From assembly GCA_964512835.1 (NCBI GenBank), contig CAZELA010000003.1, positions 88,098 through 152,097 of the forward strand: 64,000 nucleotides of DNA. Reading direction: 5' to 3'. This document shows, one piece after another, positions 37,381-46,997 of the stretch. Under the pieces are notes generated by a model. The model was not told the DNA's origin, searched no databases, and worked only from the letters and a program-made list of their open reading frames with translations. The translations under genes were made by a program, and so were the position numbers. Numbering within the stretch: the stretch's first letter is position 1; each line of letters begins with the position of its first letter. The stretch comes from an uncultured Candidatus Saccharibacteria bacterium (GTDB taxonomy: Bacteria > Patescibacteriota > Minisyncoccia > Phycocordibacterales > UBA2100).

Positions 37381-38267
37381 AGAGATTTTCGCGCGAACAG
37401 TGATCGCATGCGGTCGAAGGAGTCGTAGATACCCTGCTCTTTCTCATTATAGGTGCGCAGCAGAGCGACGGATGCGTACGGGTCGTCGCCGTGACTGACG
37501 AGTCCGTCGAGTACGGCAGCAAACGCGCGAAGGGAGTTCAGGAGCTCGCGGTGGTAGTTGATTGCATCCTGCGGCACCCGGATCTGTGCACCCGCATCAG
37601 CGGATGCACGATATGCTGCGGCTGCGTCGCGGAGTTGCGTGAGGTATTTCGGGTCGCTCGTCTCGACATAGTGGCCGTAGATCACGTATTCGGCGCTCGG
37701 AATGCTGGAGAGCGGCTTGAACGCCTCCTGCAACTGGTCGCGGTATACGCGAACGCGCTCTGTAGAAGAGTCCGGATCTACCGTAAAGTCGCTGTTTTCG
37801 AACGCATCGTACGCAACCGCTGCTTTCATGCGGTCGGCAATACGTGCCGCGGCTTCGCGCAGATCTTCTTTGGTGTAATCCTGTCCGCTATCAAGTATGC
37901 GTGCGTACGTGCCCAGCATCTCGCCGGCGATCATCGGTCCGATCAATGACAAATGGTCGTTGGTTGTCGTAGCATCGAGATCTGTTGAATCTGACATGCC
38001 GAGGAGAACCATCGACTGCTGGTCGAATGAGTCCATCGGCGCGGGAGATGCCCCTGTCGAGGACGTGGTCGTTGCAACGGCGACAGGCGTGGTCGCCGAG
38101 GATGCAGGGCGCAGTGCGCTTGTAATACGAACCGCGGTTACTCCTACAAGTAGCACAATCGACAAGAGCGCAGTCACTGCAATAGGAGAAAAGCCGCCGA
38201 ATACCGCGCGTAATTTCTGCACACTAAAAGTATACCCCAGTGAAACTGCAGAGCGTGGCTCAAACAC
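37377..38267 (-). CDS. membrane-anchored protein of the T4SS-like cluster
   Basis: N-terminal TM anchor (FGGFSPIAVTALLSIVLLVGVTAV). GTG start per the ORF track. Confidence 0.5.
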   Translation of the reverse strand: MFEPRSAVSLGYTFSVQKLRAVFGGFSPIAVTALLSIVLLVGVTAVRITSALRPASSATTPVAVATTTSSTGASPAPMDSFDQQSMVLLGMSDSTDLDATTTNDHLSLIGPMIAGEMLGTYARILDSGQDYTKEDLREAAARIADRMKAAVAYDAFENSDFTVDPDSSTERVRVYRDQLQEAFKPLSSIPSAEYVIYGHYVETSDPKYLTQLRDAAAAYRASADAGAQIRVPQDAINYHRELLNSLRAFAAVLDGLVSHGDDPYASVALLRTYNEKEQGIYDSFDRMRSLFARKSL

Positions 38268-38287
38268 GGGAAAAAATGGGATAGCTA

Positions 38288-39157
38288 TCAGTTTCTGCGG
38301 AAGCTGAACGCAGAACCGGCATCGGTCTCGTCGAAAGTGACATCGTGCGTGGAAAACAGGTTTACCATGCCGACGAACGCGAGTGTAAATGCGTCAGCCT
38401 TGTTGTTGTATGACGTGATCGCGCCTATGAACGCTTGGTCGTCACTCGCCTGAGGAACGGCAGCGAGTGCCGTTCCGAGATTTACGTATGAGTCCCCGAG
38501 TGCTTTATGAGCCGCTTCGGCGCTCACGGGTACATCGTGGAAGCTCAAGATGCCCTCGCCGAGCGCCTTGTACCGGTTTCCGAGCTCGATAACTGCGTCG
38601 GCATAGGTTTTATTGTCGCGGTGTGTCGCCTGGTTCACTACCGTCTGTGACATATTGGGGTTCACGGCCGCGAATGCCTGTACTCTGCGTCCGATCTCGT
38701 TACCATAGGCAAACAAAAGCTCCTGTTCCGCGGTGCGCGTAGGGGCGGCGGTCGCCTGTCTGCTCGGGACGAATGTGAACGCTCCGATCAGCTCCTCGTA
38801 GGTCTTTGCGGTCTGAGGATGAGTGGGGGCGTCATCATGGGCCAGTCGTGCGAGCAGTGCATTGTAGTCAAACGACTCGTCTCCCGGCTTTTCGATGATC
38901 TTTGCGGTCACGCCCGTGGAGGGTTTCGGGATGACGAGCTTCTCCGGAGCGGGCTCCGCGGCCGTATCGGGCAGCTCATGTTCGGTCACCGTGGTTTCAG
39001 TGTTGGGCGTCGGTTCGATGTAGCCGCTCACTGTATCCCATGAGGAATTGCTGCCGGTCGGGGCAACGGCGCGCTGGCGTTCGACGAAATACAGACCGGC
39101 GAGGACGAGGATGAGTGCGGCAATGAGCGTAAGGAGGACCGGATGCCTCAAATTCAT
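38288..39157 (-). CDS. membrane-anchored protein of the T4SS-like cluster
   Basis: Start chosen at MNLRHPVLLTLIAALILVLAGLYFV (ATG about 39155-39157). First gene of the minus-strand cluster. Confidence 0.5.
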   Translation of the reverse strand: MNLRHPVLLTLIAALILVLAGLYFVERQRAVAPTGSNSSWDTVSGYIEPTPNTETTVTEHELPDTAAEPAPEKLVIPKPSTGVTAKIIEKPGDESFDYNALLARLAHDDAPTHPQTAKTYEELIGAFTFVPSRQATAAPTRTAEQELLFAYGNEIGRRVQAFAAVNPNMSQTVVNQATHRDNKTYADAVIELGNRYKALGEGILSFHDVPVSAEAAHKALGDSYVNLGTALAAVPQASDDQAFIGAITSYNNKADAFTLAFVGMVNLFSTHDVTFDETDAGSAFSFRRN

Positions 39158-39237
39158 AATCTCAGTATACCCTGCTGCATGTACGCGAATGTGACATATC
39201 CTCGCTTGTACACGCGCGAGCTGAGGACGGCGCGGGT

Positions 39238-39579
39238 ATGCCGTATACTTCATACATGCGTGCGATCGCAGGCACCCTCGCGGGGATCATACTGCTCATG
39301 GCCCCTACCGCCGTAGTGGCACAAACAAACCCGTTCGGCGGACCGATCACACAGATCATCTTTTGCTACAACCAAGCGATCTGGACCACCGTTGGTCCCC
39401 CGGTGGGAGGCATCTATATATGGACGCCTTCGACGGTTACGTACCAGTTCGGACCACCGGCACATGTGGGCCAGTATTTGCTCGGCCTCTACGGTGCCCC
39501 CTACTACTGTCTCGTATCGATCGTCCCGATTATCGTGTTTGCGGGCATTTCCATAACCATGATGGGGAGCTCACAGTGA
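39238..39579 (+). CDS. small secreted hydrophobic protein (possible second pilin-like subunit)
   Basis: Signal peptide MRAIAGTLAGIILLMAPTAVVAQ. C-terminal hydrophobic helix YYCLVSIVPIIVFAGISITMM. Divergent from the cluster. Confidence 0.4.
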   Translation: MPYTSYMRAIAGTLAGIILLMAPTAVVAQTNPFGGPITQIIFCYNQAIWTTVGPPVGGIYIWTPSTVTYQFGPPAHVGQYLLGLYGAPYYCLVSIVPIIVFAGISITMMGSSQ

Positions 39580-39710
39580 AAAACAGTCCTTGAGGACAGT
39601 TTTTCTCTAGTGAGCTCGGGCGGAGCGTTGTGAGCCCAGCGGGGCGAACCGCGAGCCGTGGTCAGAACATTTTTGACGCGACGAGAGTTGCGGGCGTGGT
39701 CAGTACACCC

Positions 39711-40487
39711 CTACCCCACCAACACTCTCGTGATGGTCTTCCAGCTTTCTATTCCGATATCCTCTGCTCTAGCTTTTTCTGATACGCCCGCCGCCGCAAG
39801 CGCGGCTATGGCTTTCTCCTTTCCGAATACCGTCGCAAGGTTGTTCACTACCATTTTTCGCTTCGACGCAAAACCGGCATGTGCGACCTTGAAGAACGCC
39901 GCTTCGCTGATGTCGCTGAAGAAATCTCGCGACACGTCTTTGATGACGAGGATCGCAGAATCCACTTTCGGTGCCGGAGAAAAATGTTTAGCAGGAACTT
40001 TTTCCGTGATGCGGGGCGTTCCGTACGCTTTTATCGACAGAGAAAGCAGGCTCTCTTTTTTCGAAACGGCACGCTGTGCGACCTCTTTCTGCACGAGGAG
40101 TGCGAGTGCGCGCGGTTGTACGTGTGCCGTAAGGAACTGCCGGATTATTTCCCCTGTTATGTAGTACGGAATATTCGCGGCGACCACGTAAGCGGAAAGC
40201 CCAAGCGACTCCGCCGACACATTCCGCACGTCGTCTTCGACAAGTCGAAACGTTCCCGTAGCGATTTCGCTCGCGAACGTGGCTTCGAGTTTCGGCACGA
40301 GCTCGGGATCTTTCTCAACGGCGACCGTAGGCCCGAGTGCTAGCAGCTCCTTCGTCAGAATGCCCTTGCCGGGACCGATCTCAAGGTAGGTCTCACCGTC
40401 TACGAGCGGTACTGCGTGCGCAAGCGCTCGCGCTGCCCACGAGTGAATGAGAAAGTGTTGTCCGAGTTTTGCGCCGCCCCGATTCAT
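39711..40487 (-). CDS. rsmA: 16S rRNA (adenine1518/1519-N6)-dimethyltransferase RsmA/KsgA
   Basis: QHFL, SAM-binding EIGPGKGILT and catalytic NIPYYIT motifs. Confidence 0.85.
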   Translation of the reverse strand: MNRGGAKLGQHFLIHSWAARALAHAVPLVDGETYLEIGPGKGILTKELLALGPTVAVEKDPELVPKLEATFASEIATGTFRLVEDDVRNVSAESLGLSAYVVAANIPYYITGEIIRQFLTAHVQPRALALLVQKEVAQRAVSKKESLLSLSIKAYGTPRITEKVPAKHFSPAPKVDSAILVIKDVSRDFFSDISEAAFFKVAHAGFASKRKMVVNNLATVFGKEKAIAALAAAGVSEKARAEDIGIESWKTITRVLVG

Positions 40488-40496
40488 AGGGCGACA

Positions 40497-42485
40497 TTAC
40501 CGAATGATGTCATCGTCGTCGAGGAGCGAGCGTTTACGGGCTACCGTCTTGAGAAGGCGGGCATCGATGTCGTCTATGAATTCCGACGGGATCGCGTATT
40601 CCCGCGATCCGTATTTCATGCGCTCGGCGGCATACGAAAGGAACAGCTGTTTACGTGCTCGCGTGAGTGCCACGTAAAACAGACGTCGTTCCTCTTCTTC
40701 GTCGCGGGTGCTGTCACCCTGTCGGATCGACGGGAACAGTCCCTGTTCCAGTCCGGTGACGAACACGGCATCAAACTCGAGTCCCTTCGACGCGTGGATT
40801 GTCATGAGTGAGACGGCGTCCTGTTTCTCTTCAAGTTCGTCCTGGTCGCTCTGCAGCGCCGCCTCTTCAAGGAGCTTTTCAACGCCCATCGGCGGCTGTT
40901 CAAAGTCGTAGCGGGTTGCGAAGTTGACGAGCTCGCGCACGTTCTCGAGACGCTCTCTACCCTCCTCTGTTTTGTGGAACGACGCTTCGAGGCCGGACGA
41001 TTCAAGTGCGAAGCGAACGGCTTCGGATGCGGGCAGTGTGGCGATCGCCGTTTGAATACCCGCGAGTACTTTTCTGAACTGCGCGACTTTCAGCGCCGTC
41101 GCGCCGGTGAGCTCGGCCTCTTTTCCTTCCACCATCTTATCGAGTGTCACCTTGCCGATGCCTCGTGGAGGAGACGCGATGATGCGTGTGAGGTCTACTT
41201 TGCTCTGCGGGTTCATGGCCGCGCGGAGGTACGACAGAACATCTTTGACCTCTTTGCGTTCGAAAAAGCGTGTGCCGAGCACACGATACGGCACGCTGTT
41301 GTGCATCATTGCTTCTTCAAGTACACGCGACATAAAGTTCTCGCGATACAGTACGGCGATTTCGCTCGGTTTGATCCCCTGTTCGATGAGGAGCGCTGCA
41401 TTCTGAGCGATGAACCACGCTTCATCCATTTCATTCTTCCCTCCGAACAGCACAATCGGCTCGCCGATACTGTTGTCGGTATAGAGTACTTTCGGTTTGC
41501 GGTTCTTGTTTTTCTCGATGACTGAATTTGCCGCGGAAAGGATGGTTCTCGTTGAGCGGTAGTTCTGCTCGAGGGTGACCACCTTTGCGTTGGGGTACGT
41601 AACCTCGAATTCCATAAGATGCGCGATGTCCGCGCCGCGCCAACTGTAGATGTTCTGGTCGATATCGCCGACGACGCAGATATTCTTCCGGTCCGCCGCT
41701 AGCCAGCGTGCGATCTCGTATTGGGATTTGTTGGTGTCCTGGTACTCGTCAATCGTGATATGTGACCATCTGTTCTGCAGGAGCGTGCGTACGCGTTCCG
41801 AATCACGCAGCAGGTGCAGTGTGCGAAACAAGAGGTCGTCGAAGTCGAGCGCCCCTTCCTCTTTGAGCGCGCGTTCGTAGTGCTCCCACGCCTGAGCCAC
41901 GGTTTGTTCGCGGAAGCTCTTTGTGGACCGCGCATACTCCTTTTGCGAGACTCCGTCTCCTTTTTCCCGGGAGATCGCGGAGAGAATACTGCGGGGCGGC
42001 CACTGTTCGACCGACATTTTATCGAGTGCAGCCTTTACTGAGCGTACGCTGTCGTCACGATCCCAGATGGTGAACCCCTTCGGCAGTCCTGCGTCCTCGT
42101 GGAACTCGCGCAAGAGCCGCACGCCGAGTGAATGGAATGTTGATACGGTCGGCATGCCCGCTGCCTCGGGAACCAGTGACCGGACTCGTTCCCGCATCTC
42201 GCCTGCAGCCTTGTTGGTAAAGGTGACCGCAAGGATCTTTCGTGCCGGGACCCCTGTCTCTATTAAATGAGCGATTCGGTGGGTAATGGTTTTGGTCTTT
42301 CCCGCTCCGGCCCCGGCAATGATCAGCAAGGGGCCGTCGGTGTGTGCTGCCGCCTCTTTTTGGCGGTCGTTGAGGCCTTCAAAGTATTTCACTCGAGCAC
42401 TATACCACGGCTCAAAATATGGATTTTTTGGCTTTTCGGGGGATGGGAGCGTCTTCATATTTTTGTTGACAAATCCGCTATCCAC
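40497..42485 (-). CDS. pcrA: UvrD/PcrA/Rep-family ATP-dependent DNA helicase
   Basis: Helicase motifs I (AGAGAGKTKTITHRIAHLI), Ia, II (DEYQDTN), III, IV, V and VI (VALTRARKQL). Confidence 0.9.
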   Translation of the reverse strand: MDSGFVNKNMKTLPSPEKPKNPYFEPWYSARVKYFEGLNDRQKEAAAHTDGPLLIIAGAGAGKTKTITHRIAHLIETGVPARKILAVTFTNKAAGEMRERVRSLVPEAAGMPTVSTFHSLGVRLLREFHEDAGLPKGFTIWDRDDSVRSVKAALDKMSVEQWPPRSILSAISREKGDGVSQKEYARSTKSFREQTVAQAWEHYERALKEEGALDFDDLLFRTLHLLRDSERVRTLLQNRWSHITIDEYQDTNKSQYEIARWLAADRKNICVVGDIDQNIYSWRGADIAHLMEFEVTYPNAKVVTLEQNYRSTRTILSAANSVIEKNKNRKPKVLYTDNSIGEPIVLFGGKNEMDEAWFIAQNAALLIEQGIKPSEIAVLYRENFMSRVLEEAMMHNSVPYRVLGTRFFERKEVKDVLSYLRAAMNPQSKVDLTRIIASPPRGIGKVTLDKMVEGKEAELTGATALKVAQFRKVLAGIQTAIATLPASEAVRFALESSGLEASFHKTEEGRERLENVRELVNFATRYDFEQPPMGVEKLLEEAALQSDQDELEEKQDAVSLMTIHASKGLEFDAVFVTGLEQGLFPSIRQGDSTRDEEEERRLFYVALTRARKQLFLSYAAERMKYGSREYAIPSEFIDDIDARLLKTVARKRSLLDDDDIIR

Positions 42486-42731
42486 TGCCCCTCCCGATTA
42501 TGAATTGACTCTGAAGGGCGCATTCGTTACCGTTAACTGGTCGATGGTCACCTGTGATTTCTGATTCGGCCGACACCTCAAAAATATCGAGGTTTTAAGC
42601 CAAATTCCAGCCTGACTGCCCATGCCATCGTACAGAACGGCTTCCACCACTTAGCTTTCCGGGTTGAACGCGGGAATACCGCACGACCCCGAGGCACACA
42701 CAAGTGATCCGGCCGAAAAAATTGACGTATT

Positions 42732-43829
42732 TTGGCTCAAAATAAGGATTCTAGAGCTTACGGGCTCAAGAGGAAATATCGGAAGTTTCGACCTGCCCGC
42801 GTGGCTGTGTCAGTCATTTCAATGATGTTGATCGTCGGAACACTGCTTCCGGCTGTTGCGCGTGCATGGAATATCACGGACCTCTTTACGGTCGTGATCA
42901 AGGGTAATATTGCGGAGGCCGACACCGAACCGAGCACATCGAATGTGCAGAATATGCCGCTACCGAAAGCGGCGTTGAACATGGCGGCGGCTCAGGACAG
43001 CGGCGGCGGCGATATTACGATCGTTGACGATTCGGCGCTTGTTTCCGACGAAGGGCCGTCCGGTACCATCTCCCGACCGAAGAACTCGACCATTTCTACC
43101 TATGTTGTCCGCGAAGGTGACACCATTTCTGCGATCGCTCAGATGTTTGATGTGACGCCGAGCACGATTCTGTGGGCAAACGACATTGCAAAGGGTACCC
43201 CGCTTAAGGTCGGTCAGACACTGACAATCTTGCCGGTCACCGGTGTCAAATACACTGTACGAAAAGGCGATACGCTCGCGACCATTGCAAAGAAGTTCGA
43301 TGGCGACGTGGACGAGATCGTGAGTTACAACGGTATCGATAACGGTGCGCTTGCGGTCGGTACCGAAGTTATCATCCCGAACGGCGAGATTACCGCACCG
43401 GCACCGACTCCGGTCAAAAAGACCGCTTCCGGCGTGGGTAAGGTCGTGAAAACGATCACGAGCACCGTTTCTGCCGGATATTACTCCGCTCCCCTTGCAA
43501 GCTATGTGAAGACGCAAGGTATCCACGGATACAATGGTGTGGACCTTGCCGCGCCGGTCGGCACCCCGATTCTTGCGGCCGCAGAGGGCGATGTAATCGT
43601 TGCAAAACAGGGCGGCTATAACGGCGGATACGGCAGCTACGTGGTTATCCAGCACGCGAACGGTTCACAGACACTCTATGCTCACCAGACGACGGTGTAC
43701 GTCGGCGTCGGTCAGCATGTCGCAAAGGGCCAAACGATCGGTACCGTGGGTAACTCCGGACGAGTTTCAGGCCCGACCGGTTACCACCTCCACTTTGAAA
43801 TACGAAACGGCGTACGAAACCCGTTCTAA
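42732..43829 (+). CDS. LysM-repeat + M23 family peptidase (cell-wall endopeptidase)
   Basis: TM or signal region, three LysM-like repeats (YVVREGDTISAIAQ ..., YTVRKGDTLATIAKKF ...) and C-terminal M23 motifs (GYHGYNGVDLAAPVGTPI ... HLHFEI). Start uncertain: TTG at 42732 or in-frame GTG at about 42801. Terminator at about 43827-43856. Confidence 0.8.
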   Translation: MAQNKDSRAYGLKRKYRKFRPARVAVSVISMMLIVGTLLPAVARAWNITDLFTVVIKGNIAEADTEPSTSNVQNMPLPKAALNMAAAQDSGGGDITIVDDSALVSDEGPSGTISRPKNSTISTYVVREGDTISAIAQMFDVTPSTILWANDIAKGTPLKVGQTLTILPVTGVKYTVRKGDTLATIAKKFDGDVDEIVSYNGIDNGALAVGTEVIIPNGEITAPAPTPVKKTASGVGKVVKTITSTVSAGYYSAPLASYVKTQGIHGYNGVDLAAPVGTPILAAAEGDVIVAKQGGYNGGYGSYVVIQHANGSQTLYAHQTTVYVGVGQHVAKGQTIGTVGNSGRVSGPTGYHLHFEIRNGVRNPF

Positions 43830-43856
43830 AACCCGCTTGAACAAGCGGGTTTTTTA
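43827..43856 (+). terminator. Rho-independent terminator after the LysM/M23 gene
   Basis: AAAACCCGCTTG-AACA-AGCGGGTTTTTT. Confidence 0.75.
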
Positions 43857-43892
43857 GTATTGAATCGGGATGGAAATTCCCGGGAGGAAGGC

Positions 43893-44696
43893 GTGATAGA
43901 AACAGGGTTGATTGTGGTCGCGGCCGGCTACGGTTCGTTTCGAACTGAGCACGGGGCCCCGGTGCCAAAGGTTGTCGAGCGGGTTCGCGATATACCGATG
44001 ATCGCGTACCCGCTTCGAAACGGTCGCGAGATCGGCATCACACGCACGGTCGTAGTGGTGAATCCGCGAGACCGTGGTCTTGTGGAACAGGCGATCAGAT
44101 ATGCGATACGTATCGGTGCAGTGCTTACCATGCCGGAGATCGTAGAGCAGCCGACGCGAAGCGGTTCCGCTGATGCCGTGTTCCGTGCGATTCCATCGCT
44201 CAGACGTATGGGTGCCGAGAAAGCCCTTATTACGTACGGCGATATGCCGTTGTGGTCGGCGCGCACGTTTCGCGAAGTTATCGACGCGGACGCGGAGCGG
44301 GTCACTGTGACGATGGTCACCGTGCAACGCGACGGCGAACGGTTTCCTGCGCTCGAATCCTACGGGCGCGTCGCGCGCGCTCCTGATAAGTCGATCGAGC
44401 GCATCATCGAGGCGGATGACCCTGCGATCACGTCGCACCAGCGCGCGCTTTTCCGGGTAAACCCTTCGCTGTGGGTGTGGGACCTACGCTGGCTTGAGAG
44501 CGCCATCCCCGAAGTTGTCCCGGTCCAAAAGACAGACGGATTTGGCGATGAGCGATATATGCCGCCGCTCGTCGGTCGTGCGGTACAGGAGGGTCGCGTA
44601 GTCCGAGAGCTTGCACTCTCGCCTACTCGAAGCCGGGAGGCGCTTGGGGTGAATACGCTGAGCGACCTCAAGCGGGTGCAACGCTACAGGATATAG
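43893..44696 (+). CDS. nucleotidyltransferase (NTP_transferase family, GlmU/MobA-like fold)
   Basis: GTG start preceded by SD GGGAGGAAGG. MIETGLIVVAAGYGSFRTEHGAPVPKVVERVRDIPMIAYPL follows the G-x-G-x-R ... PK ... pmi pattern of sugar-phosphate nucleotidyltransferases. Confidence 0.5.
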   Translation: MIETGLIVVAAGYGSFRTEHGAPVPKVVERVRDIPMIAYPLRNGREIGITRTVVVVNPRDRGLVEQAIRYAIRIGAVLTMPEIVEQPTRSGSADAVFRAIPSLRRMGAEKALITYGDMPLWSARTFREVIDADAERVTVTMVTVQRDGERFPALESYGRVARAPDKSIERIIEADDPAITSHQRALFRVNPSLWVWDLRWLESAIPEVVPVQKTDGFGDERYMPPLVGRAVQEGRVVRELALSPTRSREALGVNTLSDLKRVQRYRI

Positions 44697-44702
44697 ATCA
44701 TT

Positions 44703-44736
44703 CGAAAACGGCCGGGAATTCCCGGCCGTTCTTTTA
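44703..44736. terminator. Bidirectional terminator
   Basis: CGAAAACGGCCGGGAA-TTCCCGGCCGTTCTTTT: perfect 11-bp palindromic stem flanked by an A-run and a T-run. Confidence 0.75.
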
Positions 44737-45225
44737 ATACTGCATGTAGTGCGCGGTTGCGAGCGAATTCCAGAGGTCTAGCTGTTGGCGGCTTTCCGCT
44801 GCTTTTCCTTTTTCGTCGGTCGCACAGAGTGTGGGATTCGGCTCAAATACAAGGTAGAAGTCCGTAAACTCTTTTACCTGTGCAGGTTTATCGCCGGAAG
44901 CCATTTGGAACTGTTCGAGTGTCTGTTCGCTCCACGACGTATGCGACTCCGCGATCGCGTTCTTTTTGATCTGATAGATCGCGGCGAGATTACAGCCGCT
45001 TTTTGTAAACATATGGAGTACGGTACCAGGACCGTTTTCGCTTTCGTCATTCGCCGAATATGTCAGGTCTGAAAGCGATCCGGGCACATCGAGCGCGACA
45101 CCATATTCGGACAAGTTCAGTGTTCGAGGAGCGCCCATGGTGGCCCTGCCGGTGAAGGCGTATATAAGCAGTGCGAGCGCGACGAGGACGATAACGACAA
45201 CAAGGGTACGTGTGCGGGTATTCAT
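44734..45225 (-). CDS. membrane-anchored hypothetical protein
   Basis: N-terminal TM (TLVVVIVLVALALLIYAF). Shares a bidirectional terminator (about 44703-44736) with the upstream plus-strand gene. Confidence 0.45.
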   Translation of the reverse strand: MNTRTRTLVVVIVLVALALLIYAFTGRATMGAPRTLNLSEYGVALDVPGSLSDLTYSANDESENGPGTVLHMFTKSGCNLAAIYQIKKNAIAESHTSWSEQTLEQFQMASGDKPAQVKEFTDFYLVFEPNPTLCATDEKGKAAESRQQLDLWNSLATAHYMQY

Positions 45226-45252
45226 AGTGAGTGTGACGGTGTGTAATAACTG

Positions 45253-45822
45253 TTATTTCATACTCGGTGCGAGTGTATCGACCGGTTGACCGTTCAGATA
45301 CAGCTGCACGTCTTGGACGCTCGGAAATTGTTTTGCGGTTTCTTCGATCTGAATTTCCGCACGGGGGTCGTCACAGACACCTGCAAGCCCGGAAAGTGAC
45401 CCGGTCAGGTAGATATTCGCAGTACCGTTTAAGACGGTTGCGCTGACGAACTGCAATGTCGCATTCGTTCTCGGGATGTAGTTGAACCAACCGTCTACGG
45501 TAGTCGATGATGTGGTGAAGAGTGCGTTCATCGCCGCGGTGAGCGGCGCAGTCGTGTTCGGTATCGATCGGCTGACCATCACGACTTTATCGCATCCGCG
45601 CACCGGACCGTTCGACGTCTGTTCAATATCCAGCATTGCGAGACTGATGGTGGACGTGGCTGCAGCCGACTCAGTCGGGAGCTGCACCGGGGTTGTGGTC
45701 GGTGTCACGATGTTCATATCGACCGATCCGGCGTTCTGCATCCACATGTACCAGATGAATAGTAGGGCGAATGCGGCGACGACGACGGTAATCACCAGGT
45801 TTTTTGTATGCATGGGGTGCAC
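45253..45822 (-). CDS. membrane-anchored GerMN-like domain protein
   Basis: N-terminal TM. Soluble region with the VRGCDKVVMV ... LTAAMNALF ... IYLTGSLS ... VQLYLNGQPV pattern reminiscent of GerMN domains. Low confidence. Confidence 0.4.
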   Translation of the reverse strand: MHPMHTKNLVITVVVAAFALLFIWYMWMQNAGSVDMNIVTPTTTPVQLPTESAAATSTISLAMLDIEQTSNGPVRGCDKVVMVSRSIPNTTAPLTAAMNALFTTSSTTVDGWFNYIPRTNATLQFVSATVLNGTANIYLTGSLSGLAGVCDDPRAEIQIEETAKQFPSVQDVQLYLNGQPVDTLAPSMK

Positions 45823-45855
45823 TGTAACCCTGTCGTATGAAGAATCAAGGAACCG

Positions 45856-46623
45856 TTAGAGACGTCTATAGAGTGCACGGAATATCGTTTTCTGGAAATC
45901 GGCAAGCGTCGAGTTGTCGATGATAAAACTGCGTTTTTCATTCAAGTCGATAAACGCGATCCGTGTGCCGTAGATGAGCTGGATCGCGTTGTGTCGGAAC
46001 GACTCCTTGTCGCTGCCGAGGTATTTAATGAAACGTTCCAGACGCGAGCGCTTGCGCGTACCTGATTCGGGGTTGCTGATCACCTGTCGTTCGAGACGCT
46101 TTGCGTCCCGTTTCTTTCGGTAGTCTCCCGGGAGTAACCGGTTCACCGCGTCGAGGTCGCGTTCTGATGTGTAGCGATAAAACGTGTCGCCCCGCTTTGA
46201 GTGCTCGAGCACGTCGGTGAATACGGCAGTCACTCCTTTTTCCCCTTCGAAGTATCGGACCACCATGCTCGAGTGTGCGGGACGCTCTGCGAGGAGTGCA
46301 TCGCTCGCCGCCCGGTCCGCATGCAGTAGTGCGTCGATCTGTGCGCGAGATCCGGCGGAGTAGAATGTGCGCTTTCCGAATGTTTTGAGCAACAGCAGGT
46401 TCTTTCCTTCGAGTGCGGAGAGTGCGCGGTATAACGCAGGACGATGGACCCGTGTTGCGCGGGCGAGCGCGCTCACGTACATCGGCCCGTTCTTTTCGAG
46501 CGCACGATATACGACATCCGAATGCTTCGGTAGGCCGAGTCGCTTAAAGATATCTGCGAGCGTCACGGATGTATTGTACATAAAATAGTACAAATTACCT
46601 ATTGACTCTGACGGTGAGCGCAA
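45856..46623 (-). CDS. TrmB-like winged-helix transcriptional regulator (paralog 2 of 3)
   Basis: HTH DIFKRLGLPKHSDVVYRALEKNGPMYVSALARATRVHRPALYRALSALE. C-terminal domain clearly paralogous to 47953-48675 (VVRYFEGEKGVTAVF versus VIQYFEGKRGVTFVF; RDAKRLERQVI versus RDAKKLERMVI). Possible start at internal ATG about 46581. Confidence 0.6.
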   Translation of the reverse strand: MRSPSESIGNLYYFMYNTSVTLADIFKRLGLPKHSDVVYRALEKNGPMYVSALARATRVHRPALYRALSALEGKNLLLLKTFGKRTFYSAGSRAQIDALLHADRAASDALLAERPAHSSMVVRYFEGEKGVTAVFTDVLEHSKRGDTFYRYTSERDLDAVNRLLPGDYRKKRDAKRLERQVISNPESGTRKRSRLERFIKYLGSDKESFRHNAIQLIYGTRIAFIDLNEKRSFIIDNSTLADFQKTIFRALYRRL

Positions 46624-46671
46624 ACGCGGCTATTCTCCATACGGGTTTGATCGTTGACAGAGGAGTCAGTC

Positions 46672-46944
46672 ATGAAGGTCCTGAAGAAGGGTCGCGAGCA
46701 GAAGGGCTGGTCCAAGGAGTTCGTCTGTTCCGGTCACGGAAACGGCGGCGGGGGCTGCGGCGCGAAGCTGCTGGTTTCCGAATACGATTTGTACCAGACC
46801 TCAAGCAGTGACTATGGCGGCGGCACCGACTACTACCCTACGTTCTCGTGTGTCGCATGCGGCGTTGAGACCGATGTGCCGTGGTCTTCATTGAGCAGTG
46901 CTCACATGCGCGGCTCGCGGCCGTCGAGAGTCTGTCGTCACTAA
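46672..46944 (+). CDS. small Cys-containing (zinc-ribbon-like) protein
   Basis: SD GAGGAG 7 nt before ATG. CSGHGNGGGGCGAK ... CVACG motif (C-x8-C ... C-x2-C). Confidence 0.4.
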   Translation: MKVLKKGREQKGWSKEFVCSGHGNGGGGCGAKLLVSEYDLYQTSSSDYGGGTDYYPTFSCVACGVETDVPWSSLSSAHMRGSRPSRVCRH

Positions 46945-46997
46945 ACCAGCGGCGGGTCCAAGACCCGCCGCATTCATTCCCAACTGAGGAGGGTCCT

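Noticed and set aside
26967-39579. Integrative conjugative element or conjugative plasmid insertion
   Set aside because: No relaxase, VirD4 coupling ATPase, VirB11, integrase or recombinase, and no flanking direct repeats or tRNA in the window. The gene set fits a minimal T4SS-like pilus rather than a mobile element.
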